64,000 nucleotides of DNA from an uncultured delta proteobacterium (GTDB lineage: Bacteria > Desulfobacterota > Desulfuromonadia > Desulfuromonadales > JACZKF01), in the NCBI GenBank assembly GCA_963816395.1, contig CAWFKQ010000005.1, positions 64,001 through 128,000 on the forward strand, in the 5' to 3' direction. This document shows positions 31,401 to 41,920 of this stretch, in pieces; the stretch's first letter is position 1; every line of letters begins with the position of its first letter. The notes under the pieces are model-generated. The model had not been told where the DNA came from. It did not search any database and saw only the letters and a program-made list of their open reading frames with translations. A program made the position numbers and the translations under genes.

Positions 31401-31856
31401 TTCTCGGTGTGCCGGGGGAGGATGTTCCCGGCTGTCTGGAGAAGGTGCTGCGGGCTCTGCGCAACACCCTGGCCGGCGAGCGAGGCCGCTGGATCCTGCA
31501 ATCCCGCCCGGAGGCTGCCTGCGAGCTCCAGCTGTCGGGGGTCGTCGCCGGCAAGATCGTCCACGCGATCGTCGACCGCACCTTTGTCGACGAGGACGGC
31601 AACCGCTGGATCATCGATTACAAGACCAGCGAGCCGCGCGCCGGCCGGGAGCCTGAAGGCCTTCCTCACCGCCGAAAGCGAACGCTACCAGCCCCAGCTC
31701 GTCGCCTACGCCGAGCTCTTCCGCCGTCTCGAACCGCAGCGCCCGGTGCGCGCCGGGCTTTATTTCCCCCTCGCCGACGCCTGGTGCGAAATCCCCCTGG
31801 GGACGACGGCGCACCTCGCCGGCGATGCATTTTTCAGCGGCAGTTCAGCCGGGTGA
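28446..31856 (+). CDS. AddA-like UvrD helicase-nuclease (several frameshifts in the 3' part)
   Basis: APAGSGKT, ITFTRKAA.EM, VDEFQDTS, VGDPMQSIYRFR, MTIHRAKGLEF, LLYVAATRAK and IVDR...IIDYKT. Confidence 0.88.
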   Translation: MSCPIADAAERRAALEPARSCIVQAPAGSGKTELLIQRFLALLAVVERPEEILAITFTRKAAGEMRSRLLEALERGSGGRPEREHEAETWTLARAVLEQDRRLGWNLRENPGRLAIQTIDSFNASLVRRMPWLTRLGGVPRLTEAPAALYRRAAERALERLRSGGAQGEGIARLLAHLDNRLDHLRDLLVGMLARRDQWLRHLTGARGEEHRQRLENALRSLVEAGLTAANAAIPEAVRIELVELVGFAAGNLATDGKDGPLARLAGMEDFPAATADDLPAWHGLAELLLTARNELRLAVDKRCGFPADKKEPCLSMKQRMRHLLDWLGEEPAAVEALARVRDLPPVAYEEAQWQVLRALVDLLPLVVAELWLVFREEGTADFAEIALQAQRALREDDSPSELLLRLDSRLSHILVDEFQDTSHLQFELLQILTEGWSPGDGRTLFLVGDPMQSIYRFREAEVGLFLQARRGGLREVRLEGIRLSANFRSQAGIVDWVNRTFAELFPLAEDAARGAVPLAAAEPVHDLLPGEAVSVHPWAARNDREEAQQVAVLAQQAMAAGESAAVLVRSRSHLAQILPALRAAGLHYQAQDIDLLAERPAARDLVSLTRALLHPDDRLAWLSVLRAPWCGLPLADLHALCGGRSTPIPLLLADTDSLARLTADGRRRAERTADLLQEAGRQRGRVNLRRLVEGCWLALGGPVLLDGAGLEDAGRVLDLLEELDYGGDLRDFQELEDGLGRLFAAPDSEADGRLQVMTIHRAKGLEFDTVILPGLGRRPAHGDPPLLRWLEQPGCGLLLGPIHPRDGVSRDPIYDAIGQVEKEKADLETGAVALRRRHPGEEAPAPARPCAAGQKRRLPAGGRFSAAPALASGGGKVCRPGRGERGRGGRCPPPRRRCAACRPTGSRRLWRRRRCRRRWRRSALPGWGKRMCGSWFFPAGRRIAPATSVQSPTPSWSGSAAKGWSAGRLGVLTSWRPRVDACSGFSVCRGRMFPAVWRRCCGLCATPWPASEAAGSCNPARRLPASSSCRGSSPARSSTRSSTAPLSTRTATAGSSITRPASRAPAGSLKAFLTAESERYQPQLVAYAELFRRLEPQRPVRAGLYFPLADAWCEIPLGTTAHLAGDAFFSGSSAG

Positions 31857-31871
31857 TTGCCCTGAAGCTCC

Positions 31872-33419
31872 TTAGGCCTGCAAGCTCCGGCGGTCGAGCT
31901 TCCCGTTCGCCGATCTTGGCAATGATTCCCGGAATTCGATGTACTTGGGCAGCATGAAGGGATCCAGCCGCAATTGGCACTGCCGGCGGATCTCCTCAAG
32001 CGCCGGCAGCTTCCCCGGAAAGGGGACCAGGTAGGCCTTGATCGCCCGTCCGAGGATCTCGTCCGGGACCCCGATGACAGCAGCTTCTGCCACTCCGTGC
32101 AGATCGCAGAGGACATTTTCGATTTCCTGCGGGCTGACCTTTTCCCCGCGGGTCTTGATCAGATCGTCCTTGCGGGCCACGAAACAGAGAAATCCGTCCG
32201 CATCCCGTCGGAACAGATCGCCGGTGTACAGGAGGGTCTCGCCGCGCCAGCGCCCCGGGCGGAAGGTGCGGGCGGTTTCCTCCGGGCGGTTCCAATAACC
32301 CTGCATCACGTTGGCCCCGCGCACCACGAGTTCCCCGACCTCCTCGGCGCCGACTTCCTGACCCGCCTCGTTGACAAGGAACGTTTCCTCGTTCGGGATG
32401 GCGATACCCACTGACAGTGGTCGGTTTGCCAGTTCCTCCGGCGGCAGCCAGAGGGCGCGCGCACACTCCGTAAGACCGTACATGGAGTAAATCGCGACCT
32501 GGGGGAGGAGGTCCTGCAGCTTGCGGATATGCGGGGCAGGCAGGGCCGCCGCGGCATTGGTGATGTAACGAAGGGCCCTCAGGTCGACGCGCCGGAACCT
32601 CTCCATCTGCAGGAGCAGGGCGACCATGGTCGGGACCACTGGAAACCCGGTCACCCGCTCCGCGACCAGAAGATCGAGTATCCGACTGGGGAAGGCGAAC
32701 GATTTCTCAAGGATTATCGTGGCACCGCAGAGAGCAGCCACCAGCACCTGGTAGAGCCCATAGCCGTAGGAGAGCGGCAGGACGTTGAGGATGATGTCGC
32801 TTTCCATGTTTCGCAGATAGGTGGCGATGCTCCTGGCTACCGCCACCAGATTGTGGTGGGTTGCAACGACCCCCTTCGGCTCGCCGGTTGAACCAGACGT
32901 GTAGATGATGGCCGCGAGGTCGATATCGATGCAGACGGGCAGCCGGGCCGGTGGGTTCGCCGGATCGGTCGCGGCCTCCCACGTTGTCTGGGCCTTGGCC
33001 TGGAAAGAGGCCGCGGCGGCAGGCACTGCACCGCACCAGACCAGGGCCGCCAGTTCAGGTGCCCGTCGGGCGGCGGCAACAATTACTGCCTGATGGGAAG
33101 GGTGGGCGATAATGGCGCGGGCTCCGCTGTCGTTGAGAATGAAGGAGAGTTTCCCCGCTTTCATGGCAGGGTTGACCAGGACAAAAGCGGCACCCGCCTT
33201 GAGGACGGCGAAAAGGGAGATGATCGTCTCGCCGGAGTTGTCCAGAAAAATGGCGACGCGGTCATGCCGCCGTACCCCCATCTCCCCCAAAGCACCGGCC
33301 AAGCGATCAGCTCGCTGGTTAATATCAGCGAATGTCCAGCGCAGAGAGTTGCTGACTACGGCCGTTTTGCCCGGGCAACGCCGTGCCGATTCCTCCAGAA
33401 AGTTTTGCACCAGCAGCAT
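31872..33419 (-). CDS. AMP-dependent acyl-CoA synthetase/ligase (ANL superfamily)
   Basis: YTSGSTGEPKG, YGLTE, TGD and LPRSANGKLDR. Confidence 0.92.
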   Translation of the reverse strand: MLLVQNFLEESARRCPGKTAVVSNSLRWTFADINQRADRLAGALGEMGVRRHDRVAIFLDNSGETIISLFAVLKAGAAFVLVNPAMKAGKLSFILNDSGARAIIAHPSHQAVIVAAARRAPELAALVWCGAVPAAAASFQAKAQTTWEAATDPANPPARLPVCIDIDLAAIIYTSGSTGEPKGVVATHHNLVAVARSIATYLRNMESDIILNVLPLSYGYGLYQVLVAALCGATIILEKSFAFPSRILDLLVAERVTGFPVVPTMVALLLQMERFRRVDLRALRYITNAAAALPAPHIRKLQDLLPQVAIYSMYGLTECARALWLPPEELANRPLSVGIAIPNEETFLVNEAGQEVGAEEVGELVVRGANVMQGYWNRPEETARTFRPGRWRGETLLYTGDLFRRDADGFLCFVARKDDLIKTRGEKVSPQEIENVLCDLHGVAEAAVIGVPDEILGRAIKAYLVPFPGKLPALEEIRRQCQLRLDPFMLPKYIEFRESLPRSANGKLDRRSLQA

Positions 33420-33658
33420 TTCTAGCTCCTTTGTCGGATGTGGACGCGATGAACAGCCTTATTTTGCGCACTGGTAGGCTGACTGCTTTCTGTCACGCGA
33501 CCGGATGGGATCCGGCAGACAAGGGGGGCTGATTTCCACTTCCTCTTTAATTCTTTCCCTTTAACGAAAGAAATTATGCCCTTCTTTTTTCCGGTTGCAA
33601 GGGAGGTTCCAGGCGTTTATTTTTTGGAAAACCACCAACGGGAATTCAACGAGAAAGG

Positions 33659-34630
33659 TCAGGGTTCGACCTTTTGGAAGGAGAGATCGGCGCGAACCGG
33701 ATAATGATCGGAGCCGCCGGGATCCTCCAGAGTGGCGGCGGAGACGGCAGCGAGATGCTGGTTGTAGAATATATGATCGATCCGCACCAGGGGAGGCAGC
33801 CGGAAATGCCCGAACGGCCGAGCAGCAGCCGACGGGTAGGTAAAACCGAAGCCGAAACCCGCCTGTTCATGGGCATCGGTGAGCCGCCCTGTCACCTCGC
33901 GGTAAAGCTGGGTGCCTTCCGTGATGTTGAAATCTCCGGCGAGGATTACGGCACCTGGCACCTTGGCCACTTCCTCGTCCAGCAAAGAAATGATCTGCCG
34001 GTATCTTCGCTGCCATCCTCCCCGCCGCAGCGGGTGCACATTGAACACGGTTATTGTCCCTTGCGGCGTGCAAACGGCCACTTGCTGCGCCTGCCCCATC
34101 TTGCGCAAGGCTTGCAGGGGCTTCAGGGGATAGCGGCTGATCACGGCCTGCATGAGCGGCGGCTCGTACTCGGCCTGGAGGCTGGTCTCCGGATATAGCC
34201 CAGCGAGGGCGGAGTACAAGGCACGGAAGTTCGCGGGACGAATCTCCTGCAGAAGCAGGATGTCGGGGCGCACCTGGCGGATGACCCGCGCCATTTTGCC
34301 GATGCTGGCGTTTTCCGACCAGACGTTGTAGGACATCACCTTCAAGGCCCCGGCAGATGCGTTTTTTTCCCTTCGGTCCGGCGAAAACAGGGGCGCATAG
34401 AGGTAAATGATGATCAGGACCGGCAGCAGCAGACTCACGGCCAGCCAGCGGCGCTGCAGCAGGATCGCCAGCAGGCAGCCGGGGACCAGCAGGACCAGCA
34501 GCCAGGGGAGAAAATAGCTGCCGAGGCGGGCTATGAGGAAATGATCCCCGCTCCACCAGCGCAGGGTCAGACTGGTGAGACTGCCCAAGCCGATAATCCA
34601 GCCAGCCACTTCGGTCAAGAAACGGAACAT
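33659..34630 (-). CDS. Endonuclease/exonuclease/phosphatase (EEP) family membrane protein
   Basis: N-terminal TMs, MSYNV, LLQE, AGDFN, RIDHIF and SDHYPV. Confidence 0.92.
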   Translation of the reverse strand: MFRFLTEVAGWIIGLGSLTSLTLRWWSGDHFLIARLGSYFLPWLLVLLVPGCLLAILLQRRWLAVSLLLPVLIIIYLYAPLFSPDRREKNASAGALKVMSYNVWSENASIGKMARVIRQVRPDILLLQEIRPANFRALYSALAGLYPETSLQAEYEPPLMQAVISRYPLKPLQALRKMGQAQQVAVCTPQGTITVFNVHPLRRGGWQRRYRQIISLLDEEVAKVPGAVILAGDFNITEGTQLYREVTGRLTDAHEQAGFGFGFTYPSAAARPFGHFRLPPLVRIDHIFYNQHLAAVSAATLEDPGGSDHYPVRADLSFQKVEP

Positions 34631-34754
34631 GGGTTTCCCGGTGATTTCTCGAGGTGAAGGTCAGGCTCCGGCCGGCGCTCTCAGGTCGGGAGCAAGCCGC
34701 TCGTTCCAGGGAAGATAAGTGCGGAACCGGCAGCCTTTCGGCTGCCGGCCGGAA

Positions 34755-35072
34755 TCAGTGTATCGGATAACCTTTCTTTTTCCACCCCTCCACGCCGCCC
34801 CCCAGGGCTTCGGCGTGGGAAAACCCCTGCTGCTGGAAACTTTCCGCCCGACCGGCGGAGGTAGCCTCGTGCGGTCAGGCGCAGTAGAAGATGATCTCCT
34901 GAGCCTTCTCCATCTGCGGGAGCTTTGCCTCGAGGTCCTGCATGTGCATCGCTCCCTCCAGGTCCATCTGCCGGCATTTTTCCTCGTCATCATAAGCGCA
35001 GACGAGAATAGCCTGACCGGACTGGACCTTCTGCCGGGCCTCTTCCGGCATTATCCGTGGGGCTTCCGCCAT
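34755..35072 (-). CDS. Rhodanese-related selenoprotein (Sec at TGA 34877-34875), 105 aa
   Basis: AGGAG RBS. The frame continues past TGA as IIFYCA-U-PHEATSAGRAESFQQQGFSHAEALGGGVEGWKKKGYPIH*, completing the rhodanese C-terminal L.GG..GW...G.P motif. A SECIS-like hairpin follows the UGA. Confidence 0.85.
34843..34859 (-). promoter_or_regulatory. Bacterial SECIS-like hairpin UCCGCC-GGUCG-GGCGGA
   Basis: 6-bp stem with a G-rich GGUC loop starting about 15 nt 3' of the in-frame UGA. Confidence 0.7.
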
Positions 35073-35176
35073 GGCCAATCTCCTTTCGGGTGTCGTGGTC
35101 TTTGGAACAGAATACCCCGGCGCTGCCGATTGGCAACTTTGGAGTCGACGAAGAAAGCCCCGACAAGAGGAGGGGA

Positions 35177-35353
35177 GTGCATCCGAATCGTATTTCCCGT
35201 CTGCCGCCAGTCGCGCCCGCAGAGCCCGCCCGACTCCCTCCGGCTCCCCTCCGGCCGGGCCGCCACGACAGACAATTCAGCGCCGAGTTGCCGGCGCAAT
35301 CCCCCCCCGCACAGCAGCCGGAAGTAGGCAAGGAAGCATGCGATAGGAATTGA
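35177..35353 (+). CDS. Possible small Pro-rich hypothetical protein
   Basis: GAGGAGG RBS before a GTG. 58-aa ORF MHPNRISRLPPVAPAEP... with no family recognised. Confidence 0.25.
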   Translation: MHPNRISRLPPVAPAEPARLPPAPLRPGRHDRQFSAELPAQSPPAQQPEVGKEACDRN

Positions 35354-35502
35354 TTAACAGCCCATTCGCGGCTAAAGTAGTGAGTCAGACCCCGGCCGGA
35401 CTTTTCCGCTGCTTTCCAGGCGAGCACGAGCGGCGCCGCTTACGAGTTCTCCAGCATTGCGGCAGCCCCTGGAGAATTTTTTCACTGATACCTGCGGAGA
35501 TA

Positions 35503-36722
35503 ATGATGTTTGCACCACCAGTTGCGGAATTATCGGCAAGGATCAAAAAGTTTCAAAACCATCTGAAGACCCGGGATATAGTCGGTGCTCTTATTTTGCA
35601 GAATACGGATCTATATTATTTTACCGGTCGCATTTGGCCCGGTTATCTTTATATCCCCGCATCGGGTGATCCGGTTTTCCTCAATCGGCATCGGGGGGAA
35701 ATAAACGCTTCCTGGACCTGGCCGGTTGTCAAGCTGGACAAGATGAGCAAACTGGCCGGCATCCTGCGGGACTTTGGCATGCCAGCCTCGGGAAGTATCG
35801 GACTTGAATTGGACATACTGCCCGTCATGTTTTTTAATCGCCTGCAGGAAGCCCTTCCCGGAAGAGGTGTTGGTCGACGTAGGTCGTTTAATTCGTCAGG
35901 TACGAGCGGTTAAGAGTTCCTGGGAAGTCGATATCATGCGGAGTTATGCCGAAAAGGACCTTTACCTGTGGGGACGGGTGCCTGAGATGATAAGCAAGGC
36001 CAGCACGGACCTGGAACTGGCCATTGCGTTTGAAGCTCAGGCCCGGGAACTGGGACAACAAGGGGTTCTCCGGCTGCGTGGTTTTAACCAGGAAATGGCC
36101 TTCGCCTGCGTCGCGGCCGGGGAGCCAGCCGCTATGATCAGCTCTTATGACGTTCCCATCTCCGGTGCAGGATTGAATTCAGCTTTTCCCTTCGGTGCGG
36201 CAGGAGCCACACTGGAGTCAGGCCGGTCGGTGACCATCGATTTCGGTAGTTGTTATGCTGCCTATATCCTGGACCATACCCGAACGTTTGCCATTGATTA
36301 TTTACCCGACCAGGCCTGGCAGGCCTTTGACGCCGCATCGGCTATCCAGCAGGAAATGATTTTACTTGCTAAACCCGGCGTTTGCTGTGGCGAGCTTTTC
36401 GAACGGGCCAGAGCTGATAGCCCAAAAGGCCGGACTCATTGAGGTTTTTATGGGAACCAAAGGGGGAGTGCCTTTCCTCGGGCATGGTGTCGGCCTGGAA
36501 GTTGACGAACTCCCGGTACTTGCTCGCGGCTCAAAGGAAATGCTGGAGGAAGGTAATGTTATTGCCATTGAACCCAAATTCGCATTGCCCGGCATCGGGG
36601 CCATCGGGATCGAAAACTGCTTTCTGGTCAACAATCGAGGGCTGGAAAAATTAACGATGTCGCCCGATGATTTACAGGTGATTGACAAGTGCCCTAAGAG
36701 CCGGGACCGGAGATTTGAGTAG
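35503..36722 (+). CDS. Xaa-Pro peptidase, M24 family (frameshifts near 35860 and 36410)
   Basis: Creatinase-like N domain (DLYYFTG), RAVKS, IDFG...DHTRT, GHGVGLEVDELP, IAIEPK and IGIEN. Confidence 0.85.
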
Positions 36723-36773
36723 TTTGGGCGCCTGGCACTCATCTAAAATCAGTAACTTAAAGAGGTGAGCGAA

Positions 36774-37584
36774 ATGGAATGCTTGTTCAGACGAAATTGG
36801 CATACGTCCGTCCGCCGCGGTAATGGTGAAGTCCTCGTGGCTGAGACCAGCTATCTGGACACGGACAGGGAATCTATGGCGCGGCTTCGGATCGGGTTGC
36901 CGGATTTCGTCATCCAGGGCGCAGAGTGGGAAGAACAGAGACCTGTGCCCGCCGGGAGAAAGGTTCGTCCTGTCCAGATCTTGCGTGGGAAAGGAGGCGT
37001 ATTTTAACTCTGGCCCGGCATTACGCGAACTGGCAGCTGTCACGGATGATCCCCTGGTCGTTCCTCTGTTCGCTGAAACGATAAAGGGAGTCATTCAGGC
37101 AGAGACTTTTCTCTGGGAAGAACGCGGTTACTCCTCTGCTGAGGAATATGAACAGAGCTGGGGGGAATTTTACCAGGATTCCTGCCGCTATTACAGCAAT
37201 CTGGACCGGGTGACCCATGCCTGGTTCCACAATGTGGGTGAAACCAAGCGTGAGGGAAGTCTGTTTGTTCGCTTCAAGACTCAGACCCTCTACTCTCTGG
37301 GAAATGATACATTCCTGCTCAGCGGCAATTTCAACGATTCCTTTCACCAGATTTCGGTCGCCTTTACCCTTGACCGAGACATGGCAGTGCAGAAAGCCGA
37401 AGGCCTTCTGCTCAGGGCACCCGATGCGGTCTGCAAGGAATCCACTGTTTTTCTAGGAGACCTCCTTGGGCTTAGGTTAAAGGGGGTAAGCAAAAAGGAG
37501 CTTGCAAACCTGCTCGGTAAAAGTCAGGGCTGCGTCCATCTGATTGATTTAACCTTTGATGCTGCGCAAGTCCTTGACAGATAA
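36774..37584 (+). CDS. DUF2889-like protein (frameshift near 36950-37000)
   Basis: F.RNWHTSV N-terminus, DSCRYYS, DSFHQI, RAPDAVC and GCVHL.DL. Family assignment is from recollection. Confidence 0.6.
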
Positions 37585-37832
37585 TTCCTTCCACTCCCTC
37601 CCCCACGGAATGGTCCTCCAGGCCAGTTGATTCCGATCGCGGCCAGTGGAACTCGCCATTCCAAGTTGCTGTTTTTGCGATATTTCCCAATTTGACAAGC
37701 CAGCGGAACCTGCTAAAAAAAGAATATAGAAGCAAGAAAAACCGTCGGACTCTAATTCATTTTTGCCGATGATTGCAGTGAGGATGGAGTAAAATGGGGT
37801 GACCGAACGAAACTATTTAAAAGGAAAGAAAC

Positions 37833-38309
37833 ATGAAACATATCGTTCTATCCTCAGCAACAGCATTAATAGTAGGGCTATTCGTCGCCGGCCTGGCTAT
37901 GGGAGCCGGTCAGCAGGAATACGGCCAATCACAGGAAAACGGTGTCAAGACGCCGGGGGAACTGGGCGTTGGTACGGCATCCGGGGAGTCTCCTCAGGTT
38001 CAAAGGGAACACCAGAAATTAGCGATTGAGAATCTGAACAAGAAGCAGGTTCGCGAAATGCAGAAGCTCTTGAATGATCAGGGTTATAATGTCGGCTCGG
38101 TGGATGGCATCATCGGACCCAAAACCCAGCAGGGACTGCGTCAGTTTCAGGAATCCCAAGGGATCGCCGCCACCGGAAAACCCGATGAAGAAACCCTGAG
38201 GGCTCTGGCGCCAAGCGCCAAGGAACAGGAGTTCTTCGGTCTGTCGCCGAAATTCGGCGGAGAGCAAATGGGACCACAGCCGATGGGACCATCCAAAGGG
38301 AGCAAATAA
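37833..38309 (+). CDS. Exported peptidoglycan-binding domain protein
   Basis: Signal peptide and VREMQKLL..GY..GSVDGIIGPKTQQGLRQFQ..GI.ATG.PD.ETL (PG_binding_1). Confidence 0.88.
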   Translation: MKHIVLSSATALIVGLFVAGLAMGAGQQEYGQSQENGVKTPGELGVGTASGESPQVQREHQKLAIENLNKKQVREMQKLLNDQGYNVGSVDGIIGPKTQQGLRQFQESQGIAATGKPDEETLRALAPSAKEQEFFGLSPKFGGEQMGPQPMGPSKGSK

Positions 38310-38352
38310 TAACCCGTTATCAACAGGTCACCCAGCAATCCACCCTATGATA

Positions 38353-38378
38353 TGAGCCGGGCACTCCCCCGGCTTTTT
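38353..38378 (+). terminator. Intrinsic terminator
   Basis: GAGCCGGG-CACTC-CCCGGCTTTTT. Confidence 0.7.
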
Positions 38379-38538
38379 CATTTCCTCCCTCACGCCCCAA
38401 AACCGCTGCCTTGGCAGTGCCGTGGACTTTTTGCACAATGCCCCCTGGAAAGACCTCTTTACAACTTCTCGCAAATTCTGGTATATCTGAATGTCTTTGG
38501 CTGAAATCGATGCCTACTCCCGAACACCCAGAGCCTCC

Positions 38539-40344
38539 ATGAATCAGAGTCTGATCCGCAACTTTTCCATTATCGCTCATATCGACCACGGCAAATCGAC
38601 CCTGGCTGACCGCCTGCTGGAGGAAACCGGCACCCTGACTGCTCGGGAGAGAACAGATCAGTTCCTCGATAAAATGGAACTCGAGCGGGAACGGGGGATC
38701 ACCATCAAGGCGCAGGCGGTCCGTCTGAACTACCGGGCGGACGATGGTCGCGAATACGTGTTGAACCTCATCGATACCCCAGGCCACGTTGACTTTACCT
38801 ATGAGGTCAGCCGTTCCCTTACCGCCTGTGAGGGTGCTCTGCTGGTGGTCGATGCCACCCAGGGGGTGGAAGCGCAGACGCTGGCCAACGTCTATCTCGC
38901 CATCGACCAGAACCTGGAAGTTTTTCCGGTCCTCAACAAAATCGATCTGCCCAGCGCCGAACCGCAGCGGGTAAAGGAGGAGATCGAGGAAATCATCGGT
39001 CTCGATACCGGCGATGCGGTGGTGGCGAGCGCCAAGGAAGGGATCGGCATTCACGAGATCCTGGAAGCGATCGTCGGCAAGATTCCTCCTCCCAAGGGAG
39101 AGCAGGAGGCGCCCCTCAAGGCCCTGGTCTTCGATTCCTGGTACGATTCCTACCAGGGGGTCATTATCCTGGTCCGGATCTTCGACGGTACCCTGAAAAA
39201 GGGCGACAAGATCCAGTTGATGGCCAATCGCAAGAGTTACGAGGTCCTGAAGCTCGGTGTATTCTCTCCGCATCCGGTGGAAATGCCCTCCCTGGCGGCC
39301 GGAGAGGTCGGCTTTGTCATCGCCGGCATCAAGGTGGTGCAGGATGCCAAGGTCGGGGACACCATCACCCATCTGCACCGCCCCACGGAGCAACCGCTTC
39401 CCGGCTTCAAGGTGGTTAAACCGATGGTCTTTTCGGGTCTCTACCCGGTCGATTCCGGGGAATACGACGCCCTGCGCGATGCTCTGGAGAAACTGCGTCT
39501 GAACGACGCGTCTTTTTCCTTCGAACCGGAAAACTCGCTCGCCCTCGGCTTCGGTTTTCGCTGCGGCTTTCTCGGCCTGCTGCACATGGAGATCATTCAG
39601 GAGCGCCTGGAGCGGGAGTTCGGGGTTGACCTGATCACCACCGCTCCGACGGTCGGCTACAAGGTCACCACCGTAAAAGGGGAGCATCTGCTGGTGGAAA
39701 GCGCCAACAAGCTTCCGGATGTCCAATTTATCGACCAGATTTTAGAGCCTTTCATTCTCGCCTCGATCCATGTCCCCAACGAATTTGTCGGGGCGGTGCT
39801 GGCTTTGTGTGAGGAGAAACGCGGAGTCCAGCGCGAGATCAAATATCTGACCGCTAACCGGGTCATGGTCGTCTACGAACTGCCGCTCAATGAGATCGTG
39901 CTCGATTTCTACGACCGCCTCAAATCGATCAGCCGCGGTTACGCCTCTCTTGACTACGAATACCTTGATTACCGGGGAAGTGATCTGGTGCGGCTGAACG
40001 TGCTGATCAACGGCGAAGTGGTCGATGCCCTTTCGCTTATCGTTCACCGCGACAAGTCCCAGTATCGGGGGCGGGAGTTGGTCGCCCGGATGAAAGAGTT
40101 TATCCCGCGTCAGCAATATGAGGTGGCGATTCAGGCGGCAATCGGCAACAAGGTGATTGCCCGGGAAACGGTGAAGGCGCTGCGCAAGGATGTTACGGCC
40201 AAATGTTATGGTGGCGATATCACCCGCAAACGCAAGTTGCTGGAAAAACAGAAGGAGGGAAAGAAACGGATGAAACAGGTCGGGAGCGTTGAGTTGCCCC
40301 AGGAAGCTTTTCTGGCCATCCTTAAAGTGAAAGAGCAGAAATAA
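38539..40344 (+). CDS. lepA: Elongation factor 4
   Basis: [28 protein letters not shown] and [18 protein letters not shown]. Confidence 0.98.
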   Translation: MNQSLIRNFSIIAHIDHGKSTLADRLLEETGTLTARERTDQFLDKMELERERGITIKAQAVRLNYRADDGREYVLNLIDTPGHVDFTYEVSRSLTACEGALLVVDATQGVEAQTLANVYLAIDQNLEVFPVLNKIDLPSAEPQRVKEEIEEIIGLDTGDAVVASAKEGIGIHEILEAIVGKIPPPKGEQEAPLKALVFDSWYDSYQGVIILVRIFDGTLKKGDKIQLMANRKSYEVLKLGVFSPHPVEMPSLAAGEVGFVIAGIKVVQDAKVGDTITHLHRPTEQPLPGFKVVKPMVFSGLYPVDSGEYDALRDALEKLRLNDASFSFEPENSLALGFGFRCGFLGLLHMEIIQERLEREFGVDLITTAPTVGYKVTTVKGEHLLVESANKLPDVQFIDQILEPFILASIHVPNEFVGAVLALCEEKRGVQREIKYLTANRVMVVYELPLNEIVLDFYDRLKSISRGYASLDYEYLDYRGSDLVRLNVLINGEVVDALSLIVHRDKSQYRGRELVARMKEFIPRQQYEVAIQAAIGNKVIARETVKALRKDVTAKCYGGDITRKRKLLEKQKEGKKRMKQVGSVELPQEAFLAILKVKEQK

Positions 40345-41006
40345 TGGCTAAAAATATGGAAAACGTGAAAGAAATGCAGAAGGTGAATAAGCCCTGGTAC
40401 CGGGAATATGCGGAAGCCCTGATCGTTGCCGCCATCCTGGCTCTGATCATCCGCACCTTTGTCGTCCAGGCCTTCAAGATCCCTTCCGGTTCCATGGAAG
40501 ACACGCTGTTGATCGGTGATCACCTGCTGGTCAACAAGTTCATCTACGGCACGCAGATTCCTTTCACTGATACCCGGTTCCTCACCATCCGCCATCCGCA
40601 GCGGGGGGATGTCATCGTCTTCGAATTTCCCGAAGACGAAGGGAAGCCATTTTTTCAGCAACGCGACTTCATCAAGCGGGTGATCGGTACCCCGGGTGAT
40701 ACCGTGGAGGTCCGCGACAAGCACGTCTATGTCAATGGCCAGCTATACGCCATCCCCCAGGAATTGCACAAAGACGCCGACGTGATCCCGCCCAATATCG
40801 CTCCGCGCGATTTCCTGGCACCGGTCAAGGTGCCGGCAGGAGAATACTTCGTCATGGGGGACAACCGGGATCGCTCCTATGACAGTCGTTTCTGGGGTTT
40901 TGTTCCCCAAAAGAACATCAAGGGCCTGGCCTTCATCAAATATTGGTCATGGGATTCCTCCCGGCACCTGCCGCGCTGGAATCGTATCGGCCGGCCCATA
41001 AATTAG
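40344..41006 (+). CDS. lepB: Signal peptidase I
   Basis: IPSGSM, FIKRVIG and GDNRDRSYDSRFWG. Directly follows lepA. Confidence 0.97.
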   Translation: MAKNMENVKEMQKVNKPWYREYAEALIVAAILALIIRTFVVQAFKIPSGSMEDTLLIGDHLLVNKFIYGTQIPFTDTRFLTIRHPQRGDVIVFEFPEDEGKPFFQQRDFIKRVIGTPGDTVEVRDKHVYVNGQLYAIPQELHKDADVIPPNIAPRDFLAPVKVPAGEYFVMGDNRDRSYDSRFWGFVPQKNIKGLAFIKYWSWDSSRHLPRWNRIGRPIN

Positions 41007-41016
41007 ACGGAAGCTG

Positions 41017-41095
41017 CGGCAAGAGGGTAGCGGCAAGAGGAACTGCTAAACCACTTTTTTCATCCCTCTCGCCTTTTGCCTATTGCCTCCTGCCT
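41017..41095. repeat. Heptamer-based inverted repeat element
   Basis: CGGCAAG AGGGTAG CGGCAAG AGG ... CCT CTCGCCT TTTGCCT ATTGCCT CCTGCCT. Confidence 0.75.
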
Positions 41096-41111
41096 GGAAT
41101 TTTTGCTATAG

Positions 41112-41811
<700 letters not shown>

Positions 41812-41813
<2 letters not shown>

Positions 41814-41904
41814 GCAATGGGCACGAGGCTAAAGGCTAGAGGAATTGCAAGACCTGCCTCGCCTTGGGTTTTCCCTCTAGCCTCTTGCCTATAGCCCCTA
41901 GCCT
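41812..41904. repeat. Heptamer-based inverted repeat element
   Basis: AGGCAAT GGGCACG AGGCTAA AGGCTAG AGG ... CCT CTAGCCT CTTGCCT ATAGCCC CTAGCCT. Confidence 0.8.
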
Positions 41905-41920
41905 CTTTTCAGGAGGTTCC

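Noticed and set aside
25761..31856. 2031-aa ORF as a natural AddB-AddA fusion
   Set aside because: The junction reads as out-of-frame sequence. AddB's terminal Cys cluster and stop (28447-28449) are in another frame overlapping AddA's ATG. This is an indel artefact.
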